A program made the position numbers and the translations under genes. From positions 186,001-250,000 of the forward strand of contig NIVC01000636.1 in assembly GCA_002269645.1 (NCBI GenBank): a stretch of DNA of 64,000 nt, in the 5' to 3' direction. Below are positions 47,777 through 59,517 of the stretch, in pieces (the first letter of the stretch is position 1; the number at the start of each line of letters is the position of its first letter). The stretch is from Macrostomum lignano. Lineage: Eukaryota. The notes beneath the pieces are model-generated. The model was given only the letters and a program-made list of their open reading frames with translations. It made no database searches and was not told the DNA's origin.

Positions 47777-50700
47777 TTAAAGCAGCCGTCCGAAGGCGAT
47801 GACCTCGCACAGGGTGAGGAACTCATTACTGAAGCGCTGCGTGATCTTGAGAGTCGTGCCAACCTGCTCGCAAGGAAAGTCCTTGATGCTGAATGCCTGA
47901 GTGGAGTCGTAGCTGGCGCACTGCTGGCCGTCCACGGAGATCGTGAAGTTATTCAGTCTTGCCGGACTGCTATCCTTTCGGTTGTAGATGCGCACCAGAC
48001 TGACGAAGGCCCTGGAGGCCATGGAGGCCTGCCACCACTCGTTGCCCACTGTTGCCTGGGTATGGGTGCAGACGACTCCAGGATTGTGGTTTTGGTTCAG
48101 GCTTCCGTCAATGGCATTGTTGCAGTTGCCTTCAAGTGTGCTTGACTCGCTACATCCAGATAGATTAAGGTGCTCTGGAATGTTTTAGTCACAATATATA
48201 TTCTTAGCTCGTATAACCTGCTTGCTTTTTTCATTCTAATCTTGACTTTAGGAGAACTGAACTTTGCCAGAAGATGTCACCAAAAAGGTTACGGGCGAAT
48301 AACCATTTCATTAATATACTCGTATTCTTCATCAATTGCGCACCCATGGTAATTTAGGGTGACATTCACCCTGATGGCTTAAGGAGTGCTCACGGCTCAG
48401 CATAAAGTGCATGCCGGCTTGCCTTCTTGCTAGCTGGCATCTCAGCCTCTCTGCAAAATAACTGGATCAGCTGACTGCACTTTGCTGCCAGCCAGATGGA
48501 ACTGAAGCCCCTGACTGCAACTTGCTGCCAGCCAAATGGAACTGAAGCCCCTGACTGCAACTTGCTGCCTGCCAAATGGAACTGAAGCCCCTGACTGCAA
48601 TTTGCTGCCAGCCAAATGGAACTGAAGCCCCTGACTGCCACTTGCCAGCCAGATGGAACTGAAGCCCCTGACTGCAACTTGCCAGCCAAATGGAACTGAA
48701 GCCCCTGACTGCAACTTGCCAGGCTTCCATGCCAACACCCGGTCGCCCGTGCAGTCGGTCGCGCTGGCGGCAGTCGCACTCGCGTTGACCTCCTGCTCGC
48801 TGCTCAGCAGGTCGCAGACGCCGCCGCTTCCGCCGTTATCAGCGAGGCGAACACCGCGGCAGCGAGCCTCCAAAGCGCATCTCATGGCGCAGCTGCTCAA
48901 TGCATCGCGCAGCCGGTCATCAGAGCAGGAGGCGGCCGGATTTTTGGGCAAGAAGGTCAGTCTCGAGCCGCAGTGCTGCGCCGCATCAGCCTCAAAAACT
49001 GGCAGAAGCAGCAGCAGCGGCAGCAGCAGGCAGTAGCTGACCGCGGCCAGCGCCTTCGCCAGCTCGGCTCCCGTTTGGGCAACCTGAAATATCAGCAATA
49101 TGTAGAGTTGCTATGGGTGAGCTGAGGCACTCAGTCACAGTGTGCATGGATGAGCTGAGGCCCTCAGTCACAGTGTGCCTGGGTGAGCTGAGGCCCTCAG
49201 TCACAGTGTGCATGGATGAGCTGAGACCCTCAGTCAGTGTGCATGGGTGAGCTGAGACCGTCAGTCACAGTGTGCATGGGTGAGCTGAGGCACTCAGTCA
49301 CAGTGTGCATGGGTGAGCTGAGACCCTCAGTCACAGTGTGCATGGGTTAGCTGAGACCCTCAGTCACAGTGTGCATGGGTGAGCTGAGGCACTCAGTCAC
49401 AGTGTGCATGGGTGAGCGGAGACCCTCAGTCATAGTGTGCATGGGTGAGCTGAGACCCTCAGTCACAGTGTGCATGGTGAGCTGAGATCCTCTGTCACAG
49501 TGTTTGCATTGGGTATTGGGTGTATTGGGTGAGCTGAGCCTGTTATTATCGATGGAGGATGCGATCTTTGTTTGTTAAATGTTGTGGAGCGTTTATTTAG
49601 CTCCTTTCCGAATACCAACTTTCTGGCTAGGATTTTATCACTTCCTTTCCCATGGGTCTATTGTGCATCTCTATGATAACTTTTTTTTAATCCTTGAGGA
49701 ATCACCAGTCTGTTTCCTTTGTAGATAAGACCATCCTCCAATACTAGATCATTCCGAATCTTGGCATATGGTTGTAGAGGACCTCGAACAGTTTGCTTCC
49801 ATCCGTGAAGAATCTGCTTGTAAAGCTTTTTCATAACGGGGTCGTTTTTAGAAGCTGTTTGAATTTCCTCTTTAGAGACTGGCAGATCGTTGGTGCAGTC
49901 CTGAATCGCTTCTATTTCGAAGTGTTCTCTCTCAGATCCAGATGAGGCACAACGCGATAGTGTGTCGGGAACAGGAATTTCACTCGTCACTTTGTGCACA
50001 ATCTCGCAACTGTAGGCCATCATTGTGACCGCCCAACGCTGAAGTCTAGCTGCTGTTACAGAAGAGAGCGTCTTGTTCGGATGGAAAATGTAGTGCAATG
50101 GTTTATTGTCCGTCACTAGTTTAAATCTTCTCCCGTAGAGGAACTTGTGCAATCTTTTAACTGCCCAGACCACAGCCAGCGCCTCTCGCTCGATTTGAGC
50201 GTAGTTCTGCTCGGCCTTTGTGAGAGTCTTCGACACGTACAGAACAGGCCTACCGTTTTGCTTGATCACCGCTCCAATTCCGTGGGGAGATGCATCAGTC
50301 GTCAGCGTGACCTCTTCTTTCGGGTTGAACGGCACCAGAACGGAATCTCCCGTCAATGCTTCTTTCAGCTTCTGGAAGGCTTCGTCCTGCTCTTGGCCCC
50401 GAGACTATGCGATGTTCGATTGCAGAAGTCGGCTCAGTGGGGCTCTGATGTCTGAGAGGTCCTTAATGAAACGTCCATAGAACTTGAGCATTCCCAAAAA
50501 GCTTCTTAGCTCATTCGGATTTTTTGGTTTTTGGAATCCTTTTATCGCTCGAACCTTCTGTGGATCAGGTCAAATTCCGTGGGCACTAACAATGAGTCTG
50601 AGGATCTTTACTTCTTCTTTGCAGTACGAGCATTTGCTTTCATTGAGCTGCAGTCCGTTCTGATGAAGCCTGACTTTACTGATTGAACTGCTGCATCATG

Positions 50701-52315
50701 GTCAGCTCGTGATGCCGTGTGCACGATAACATCGTCTTGATAACTCTGGAAACCTTCAAGCCCACGTATCGAAGTTCATGGACAGATGACTGCCGTTTGA
50801 TATTCAGACTGATAATCAACGTTCTCCTGTCTGGAAATCTAGCAGCAAATATATATCGATCGGAGCCACTATGCTCGGAGTCACGAGGAGCTTTACTGCT
50901 GTCGTCGATCAGTCTAACCTGATTTGCTCGCCTTTTGTGACGGCACACCGCCTCTAGATGACCTGACTTGTGACAAACTCTGCAGGCTTCATTTCGAAAT
51001 CTGCAGTCTGCTTCTGATGACCTTTCTTCCACAGCATCTACAAAAGCTCTGACCTTTTCCAGCATTCCGCGAATCCTGCTGCCCATTCTCGATCTTACTT
51101 CCGGCCATGCGCCTGTCCCGTTTAGCCAACTTGTAAATTGAGCCTTGTTCGGGTTGCCAGTTCTTCTGTGACCTCTTAACTGCCTCGTGAGCTGTCGCGA
51201 TTTCGACTGCTTTTTGAAGCGAAAGGTCGGATAACTTTTCTGTAAGCATCTTCCTCGGTGCCTCTTGGTTAGCAATCCCAAATACAAATTGGTCACGAAG
51301 TCGGCTTTCCAGCTCTGAAGAACCCGTTGGTTGGCCATCTTGCTTCGGCGTTTCTAAACTGAAGTCGCAGTTCTCAGCTGCCGCTCGAAGCTTCCGCACG
51401 TACGTCGGAATGTCGTCATCGCCTTGGCGCAGATTTGAAAAATCGAATCGGGCTGCAATCGTGAGTTTCTTGGGCTGAAACTGTCCCAGGATGATCTCCT
51501 TCAGCTCGCTTAGTGACTTGTCAGCTGGCTTCAGGGGAACTATTGCGTCGGCTACCATGTTGAACGCTTCCGTCCCCACCATTGCCAGCAGTGCACTTTT
51601 CAGTCTGCCGCCCTCCTACGGAATTTGTTGCCAGGATGCGACTGCCTCAGACTGCAGAAGCCATCGATTGGGTCGTCACCGCGCTTTAGTGGTTCGATGA
51701 ATTCTCTTGAGCTCGTCGCCATTTTGTTATTATCGATGGAGGATGCGGTCTTTATTGTTTGTTAAATGTTGTTGAGCGTTTATTTAGCTCCTACAGCTCT
51801 TGGCTTCTTTCTCATATTTTTTATATAAAATAATTCATTCGAGCCATGGGCTCAAAACCTCCGTAGCTGTATACTGTCTACGTAGGATTAAACATGAACA
51901 AATATTCGCAGTCAGCGCTGATTCTAAGTTCATTTTAATAGTGCAAAAAGCCACAACAGAGACCCTCAGTCACAGTGTGCATGGGTGAGCTGAGGCCCTC
52001 AGTCACAGTGTGCATGGGTGAGCTGAGACCCTCAGTCACAGTGTGTGCATGGGTGAGCTGAGACCCTCAGTCACAGTGTGCATGGGTGAGCTGAGGCCCT
52101 CAGTCACAGTGTGCATGGGTGAGCTGAGACCCTCAGTCACAGTGTGCATGGGTGAGCTGAGGCCCTCAGTCACAGTGTGCATGGGTGAGCTGAGACCCTC
52201 AGGCAGTGCTCTCAAAGGATTTCAAGCTACTCGATCGGCTTTCAATATGAAAGAACTGGAATTTCAGCCTTACCTGCCTTGGACGAGCGAAGCCAGATGA
52301 GGTTTCAGCTGCCAT
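47777..52315 (-). CDS. PAN-like + F-type lectin, paralog 4; exons 52315-52274, 49083-48720, 48174-47777
   Basis: 14-codon first exon MAAETSSGFARPRQ with GTAAGG donor. PAN exon is 364 nt as in paralog 3, with GC donor. FTLD with RIYNRKDSSPARL. Intron 1 holds a Gypsy element. Confidence 0.83.
49541..51795 (-). mobile_element. Internally deleted Ty3/Gypsy (Mag-like) LTR retrotransposon
   Basis: Gag AARFDFSNLRQ...YVRKLR.AAENCDF...LRDQFVFG, CCHC knuckle CRVCHKSGHLEAVC, RNase H TTDASPHGIGAV...AEQNYAQIEREALA...TDNKPL. LTR copies at 49541-49640 (TG..CA, preceded on - strand by PPT GGGAAAGGAAG) and 51725-51795 (shorter). PBS TGGCGACGAG just inside the 5' LTR. No intact RT or integrase. Confidence 0.9.
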
Positions 52316-53339
52316 CAGTTCCCACTTGCTTGTCTCCGTTTGCTTTGCTTGAGAGCTGTTTGGGAGGCTCAGTGATTAACAATAGGATTTGTCTTGCTTT
52401 TCTTTCACGCAGCGCGGAGACTCTGCTTGGGTAAATATGGTATTTTGCGCAACCTTGCCCCAACCTCAGCTCCTGCCAATCAACACGGTAGCGCATTCGC
52501 CTGCTTGGGGTGAAGTGCGCTTCTGAACTCATTTAACTTCATACAGAATGCCTGATGCCTGCCTGCCTAGCTGGTAAACAATGGCTGCTAAGGACTCAGA
52601 AATTGTCTGTTGTCAAGCGTGGCAATAATTCAAGAGCCTGTGGGCTTTCTGGCCCCGCAGCCACGGTTGGCAGGGGATGGGGGGGGGGGCTGCTGCGCGC
52701 CTGAGTGCTTGAAGCAATTGAAGCTCTGCTATCTGCTATCGGCATGGGATGGATGCACACGGGCTGGGAGGGCTGCGCGCACCTTTTATGAATTTCAGTG
52801 GACGGTTGCCAAGATGGGCTTTGCTGCTTCTCCGCCGAGCCAAGGAGTCCGTGAACCAGGATCTGGAGTGCCAGCTGCTTCTCCGCCGAGCCAAGGAGTC
52901 CGTGAACCAGGATCTGGAGTGTCAGCTGCTTGGCTGCTGGTTTTAATTTGCACAAGCAGCTACCGCCTGTTTATGAGTGCATCACTCAGGATCTCATAAT
53001 TCTTAAGTGGCCTATGGAGAGTTTAAAAAGCGTAAAAATGTGCAACGCCTTCGAAAAGCCGGCGGTGAGGCGATTCTGCCCATTCCTCTGACTCCTGAGC
53101 ACACAGATCAGATACAAGCGGGCCAATACTGTGCGCACGCACTCATGCTCACACAGGGTGTACAGCAGCCCTGGCTTTCTAATCGTCGGGCATGTACACT
53201 CTCGTGAATGGCCTATTTTTCTTGCACAAACTTCAAATTATAGCGGCCAGTACGAAAGCGAACCAGGGGATGAAATTGGGAGAGAATCCCGAACTCACGC
53301 AAGCACTCATGAACCACAGTCTCAAACTGCACCTGCACG

Positions 53340-53815
53340 ACAGCCTCAACCACCCGCACCACAGCCTCAACCACCCGCACCACAGCCTCAACCACCTGCA
53401 CCCACACCACAGCCTCAACCACCTGCACCACAGCCTCAACCACCTGCACCACAGCCTCAACCACCTGCAACACAGCCTCAACCACCTGCACCACAGCCTC
53501 AACCTGCTCCTGCACCACAACCTCGACCTGCACCACAGCCTCAACCACCTGCACCACAACCTCGACCTGCACCACAGCCTCAACCACCTGCACCACAACC
53601 TCAACCTGCACCACAGCCTCAACCTGCACCTGCACCACAACCTCAACCACCTGCACCACAGCCTCAACCACCTGCACCACAGCCTCAACCTGCTCCTGCA
53701 CCACAACCTCAACCTGCACCACAGCCTCAACCTGCTCCTGCACCACAACCTCGACCTGCACCACAGCCTCAACCACCTGCACCACAACCTCAACCTGCAT
53801 CACAGTCTCAACCAC
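53340..53815. repeat. ~21-bp degenerate repeat (CACAGCCTCAACCACCTGCAC)n
   Basis: Direct reading; yields Pro/Gln-rich and His-rich ORFs in different frames. Confidence 0.9.
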
Positions 53816-54564
53816 TGCGTCACCAACCGTTTGCTTAATCGTCTATCAATTGCCGTCACTTTGGTCCGGAGTTCTACTCTCTGCAGTCAGCTTTAACGGG
53901 GTCTTGAATAAGGGGGCCTTGCGGGTGAAGACTGGGCACTCCGGGTGATTTGGTTCAAGATCTCCTTGGCCCAACCACCCGCTGCAGTCGGCAGGAATCT
54001 GTTTGCATTCCAGCCCTCAGCTGGGTGTTTTCTGCTGGGGAAGGCAGTCCCTAATCAAGACAGCATTTTAAAAAAAGCAACAGACTTCGCAGCGGAAAAT
54101 TTACAACAATTTTTACAGCACCATCTAATTGGACATTTTTGAGCCTCTGTAGGACTGAGGGAGCGGTTGGCTGACAAACCTGCTGTTATTTATTCATGAA
54201 CTGCTCCAAAAACGGAAGCCGAAAGCACCCAAAAGCAGCAATTTTTTATTGCAGGCCGCACTGAGAATTTCCTCTCGCTTGCAAGTGGCTCGAAAAGTGC
54301 GGCGAGTTTGAGCGGATTTGCTGGGCAAAAATTTCTATTCATTAAATTATATCAGTATGTAATCTGGGAGAGCTGCTCGTTTCATAAACGCAATGAAAAT
54401 ATCGGTAAGTATTCACATTATATAACTAATAATATTGACTAATGCTATTGATAGTAGTATTCAAAGAGAAAAGCGACCATTTTTAGCTTGGCTGGAACGT
54501 GAACATGTATGATCAGCAGCCATTATTTTGTTTATAATATTTCTGTGGCTTTTGGTTGTTGGCA

Positions 54565-55385
54565 CCGTGGCGCCAGCACCAGGGGCACCAGCACCAGGGG
54601 CGCCAGCACCAGGGGCACCAGCACCAGGGGCGCCAGCACCAGGGGCGCCAGCACCAGGGGCGCCAGCACCAGGGGCGCCAGCACCAGGGGCACCAGCACC
54701 AGGGGCGCCAGCACCAGGGGCACCAGCACCAGGGGCGCCAGCACCAGGGGCGCCAGCACCAGGGGCGCCAGCACCAGGGGCGCCAGCACCAGGGGCGCCA
54801 GCACCAGGGGCACCAGCACCAGGGGCACCAGCACCAGGGGCGCCAGCACCAGGGGCACCAGCACCAGGGGCGCCAGCACCAGGGGCGCCAGCACCAGGGG
54901 CGCCAGCACCAGGGGCGCCAGCACCAGGGGCGCCAGCACCAGGGGCGCCAGCACCAGGGGCGCCAGCACCAGGGGCGCCAGCACCAGGGGCACCAGCACC
55001 AGGGGCGCCAGCACCAGGGGCGCCAGCACCAGGGGCGCCAGCACCAGGGGCGCCAGCACCAGGGGCGCCAGCACCAGGGGCGCCAGCACCAGGGGCGCCA
55101 GCACCAGGGGCGCCAGCACCAGGGGCGCCAGCACCAGGGGCGCCAGCACCAGGGGTGCCAGCACCAGGGCGCCAGCACCAGGGGCGCCAGCACCAGGGGC
55201 GCCAGCACCAGGGGCGCCAGCACCAGGGGCGCCAGCACCAGGGGCGCCAGCACCAGGGGCGCCAGCACCAGGGGCGCCAGCACCAGGGGCGCCAGCACCA
55301 GGGGCGCCAGCACCAGGGGCGCCAGCACCAGGGGCGCCAGCACCAGGGGCGCCAGCACCAGGGGCGCCAGCACCAGGGGCGCCAG
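54565..55385. repeat. 15-bp GC-rich minisatellite (GCACCAGGGGCGCCA)n
   Basis: Direct reading; stop-free in all six frames. Confidence 0.97.
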
Positions 55386-57264
55386 CAGTTCAACAGCTAA
55401 TGTACTAATTAAATGCATAGCAAAATTTACTGTGTAGAAAATAAAGACGAAGAACATGTTGACACGGCAAAACCTCAGTTAGAACAAATAATATAAATGA
55501 GAGTAAGATCTTAGCACTTGCGCCCTGTAATCATTAGTGCAAAAATATTTTTCTGAACAGGTACATGGCTGCAACTATTCAGAAAAAAACATTTTTTTTC
55601 AAAAAACGGGCCGGGGGGACTTCTGTAAATCGGCTTGCTAGTTGCATTTTTAATCTATTAACTGGTCGACAAAAACCTTCAGAATATACGAACGGCGCTT
55701 CCTTATCGAACTCGTCGTCCTTGAATTCTGGTAAACTGAACTCAAAGACAGTGACGAATTAATTGCTAAAAGTGGCAAATCCAAAATAAATTATAGCTTT
55801 GCATAGAATTTTTGTTTTGAACAAAAATGTAATTTCATAAATTAAAACTTCGCACCTTTCCTGTGGGCTGGTTTGTGCGGTGCAGAATGTTTGTATGCAA
55901 TCGGACGTAATGGATGACTATTTTTATACCGTTTCTGGGCTTTCACAATTTTACACTTTTAACTTTTGCCTTCGTTTGTGTCCCTTGAGTTTGACTCATA
56001 AATTATATAGTCCCTTCACTCAAGGGATTTCCGTCCCTTGAGTTTTGATGTGCATTGAAATATCAGTTTCGAAATGATTTCACTTGGGATTTGGATTTGC
56101 TTTGTTCCAAACCAAGGCAATTACAAATAAATATAAACAATCAACACATCTTATTTACCATCTAAAGCTTTCAGATGAGTCCGCTAAGTCAAGTCAAGTG
56201 AGTCAAGTCTGTGATATCAAAATGAATATAATAACCTGTGTATGTGTTTTATGTACTAAAATGTAACCAACTGGCAAAGTACATCTCGGTTGTTAAAACC
56301 TTATAAAAAGGGCGTGGAATTTAAATTATCGAAGTTTCCAGAAATTTCTGCGTGACGACGACGATGGGGCTTTTCACATTACTAATTCCAGAACCAGAAT
56401 CGGTTCGGATCTTCCAAGAAAAAGAACAGTATAACTATTTAACTTTGTTGAGTTGTTTGACTGCCTTAACAGCCTCACAATTTTTCACTTTCTTCTTGGC
56501 TATTGCCATTCAATAATCACAACTTTAAAGCACTTGTTGTATCCCTTTAGCATAGGTGACAAAAAGTTATACTTTACAAATTGGATCTTGTTCTAGAACC
56601 AGAACAAGCAGTATGAAAAGGCCTGATGATGCTAAGACTTGGCTTATTCTGCATTTATCTGTAAGCTTTATAAATGTAGGTGTAGTTCTTGTTTTACCAG
56701 CATGGCATACTAGCATTGCAGGTCAACATAGTGTCTAATACACTGTTTTACTGTTTATTATGATGGCCTACTTCTGCTTATATTCTACTTTTTCTAATTC
56801 TACATTTCACATTTGAACATTTCTACTTACAATCTTACATTACATAATACATACTAACATACCATGGCAAGACAAAAGGAAAAATGGGTGCAGTCAAATT
56901 TGTTATCTGCAAATAGGCCTACAGTTAATGTAGCTGAAAAAATGAAGATGCATATTTTTCTATATGATAGATTTGACAATTACATTTAATCAAAATTCTA
57001 TAAATTCATAGACATGATAGGTGATAAGCTTTATGATTTGGACTTAATTATTCTTTCAAACTGTTAATCAATATTGTTTTTATTTCTTGTTTTACTTCAA
57101 GATACATAGATATGCACAAGTAGAATGAGACAAACTAAATGTTGTCCTAAAGTCATATAGACTACACTAAGATATTATAGGCTTACTATTACTATAATAA
57201 GTTCATAGAAAATCCAATTTGCCCAAAATTTTACTTGCATAAGTAATAACCTAATGACATTTTT

Positions 57265-57600
57265 CAAAATAATTTCTAGCCAATTCCACGCATTTTTCAT
57301 GCAATGAAACCAAGCTTCAAAACAGTGTCTCAATTCCAGCTATGAGACACTCTCAAGCTCAGTTCTCACTTCTCAGTACATTTCCAGCTCTTGACAGCAA
57401 CAAAATTGTTTTCCCTTCAAGTTCTTTTTAATCCTAGGAAAGAGGAAAAAGTCAAAGGGCACAAGGTCTGGTGAGTAAGCTGGATATGGCAGCAGCGTCA
57501 GCTGAGTTGACTAGAAAAACTGCTGTCACCCTGGCGCGGTGCGCGGGTGCATTGCCATGATACAGCAGAATCTTGCATTCTTTTGTCTTTAAATGCTGCT
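57265..57600 (-). mobile_element. Mariner transposase C-terminal relic
   Basis: Minus strand gives LLYHGNAPAH...LPYPAYSPDLVPFDFFLFP.IK..LKGK.F...CVEL..NYFEK (the YSPDL motif), with frameshifts and stops. Confidence 0.75.
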
Positions 57601-59517
57601 AAGTGAGACTTTTGAGCACTTGCAGCAGACAAATGGTTGAGTACCATTCACTGGTCACTGTGGCGCCATCCTCAAGTAGCACGGGTAACAGGATGCCGCA
57701 TTGGCTGAAAAAACCACCACGTCAATCTGGCAACAATTAGTATAGTGCAACTAAAGCTAATAAATCAACAATTCAGCATTTACATAGATTATTGGAGCTT
57801 TGACTATTAATAAATTTTTTCATATTATATTTTGCAAATGTTTTTCTATGTAAAATTTGTTAAATTAAATGAAATATTTATAACTATATGTTGCATTTTC
57901 CTATGTAAACATGGCAAATGCATATGTCAAAAAATAATAAGACTAAAAACTAAGCTAACAACATTTAAATTAGAGTTAAATTGATATTGAGAGAGGAGCA
58001 GTAAGTGGGCACAAGGTCCAAACTGATATATTTATATAACATTAACTTTGGGGTGCAAGATAAGACAAAGGGGTAGGGTATAGTGCACGACTAAGGAAAG
58101 AGGCGAGAACAGAGAGCCAATTAGAATGTAGCAAGGGAGAGAGAGATAAGAATAACAAGATTGAGCACGACAGAGAGAGAAAAAACAGAGTAAACAAAGA
58201 CAAGTGAAGGTGAACTAAAGAAATGACTAGGAAAGTCGCGACAGCATGGAAGTTGCAATGAAACCAGCAATTTTTTGGTTCTTTGATTCTCAAATATTGT
58301 TAAAAGAAAAAAGAATCTGAGCAATTAATTGCTTAAAAGCTTTGTATTTATACAGTTCATATGCAGCAACAAATAAATGAATATAAATAAGCTCCAATTT
58401 ATAAGACATATATAATACATGTAAAGTATTTGTATTTTGTTATAGATAGCTCAGAATATAAAATTTAATTACTACAGTAACTTAAAATAGGATTGACGCA
58501 TCCTTGATTAGAACAAAAGCATTATACACATATATAGGCCTAAAGCATTAGATGCAATCCTAAAATCCATAAAATCTATAAAAAAATCTGTCCCCAGATC
58601 CTCTGTCACCACTTTGACTTGTTGCCAGATTATCTGTCATTGGATCATCTTTTTGCCAAATTGACTGGAAGCCCTAAGGAATTACTCAATGCTAAAATAA
58701 TAAAATATTTGAACAATATGCTTTTTATATACATAAATCAAATAGATTTTTTTATGAATGCATTGTTACAATTGTAGAGAAAAACTAACTAAATTGTGAA
58801 TTTATAAAGATTATAATATAATAGGTTGTTTCTTTATTGTTAGTTTATTGGTTAAATTGATTCTAATTTGAATTATATCACAATATTGAAAACCATATGT
58901 AAGCATAGTATAAGACTTACTTTTGATTGTATAACTATATTGTTAACTTCAATAATGGCAACTGATACTACTGATACTGACTGACAGCAAATTGATTATA
59001 AAACTCTCTTGTGGTTTTTATTCTAAACTATGTGAATATTGAATCATAAGTACTATAATTCATGTAATTGATTTGATAAAAGCTAGCCTAGATACAAATT
59101 ATTTGAACTGCTAATACAGTAACCTATATTCAGATTTTTATTGTGTAAATGTTTTTACTAGAAGCTTTTTTAAACAGAAGAAATCTCAAACAAAGATTGC
59201 CATATCAAATATTAAACAAAGCATCATGTTAAACATATAAACAAATATAAAACATTTAATTTAATATCAAACATTAGGGAAGTATCATGTCAAACATAAG
59301 AGAAATGCCATATCAACCATAAAAGCAGTGTCATGTCAAAAATAAAAGAAGTGTCATTTTTAACATGAAATAAGTGCCACATCAAACATAAAAGAAGCAT
59401 TATGTCAAACAAAAGATTCCTTGGGGAATTGCTAAGATACCAAGGCTCATGGAGAAAGGGCCTATCAACTTAAGCTCAATCTTTTTTTATATGAATTGCA
59501 GCAGCTCTGACTCTGCC

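Larger units (their letters stand above)
33479..52315. repeat. Tandem segmental duplication of the lectin unit (about 4.3-kb period between paralogs 3 and 4)
   Basis: The same order of FTLD exon, PAN exon, 33-bp minisatellite and first exon recurs; (TGATTCTCTGA)n, (GAGGGCAGGCT)n and the 37-bp minisatellite recur in the two spacers between paralogs 2-3 and 3-4. Stop codons at 43490 and 47777 are 4287 bp apart. Confidence 0.85.

Noticed and set aside
54461-55457. Six overlapping ~200-310 aa ORFs (GAPAP, WCWRP, HQGRQ etc.)
   Set aside because: A pure 15-bp repeat with no stop in any frame; no unique coding flanks or splice context.
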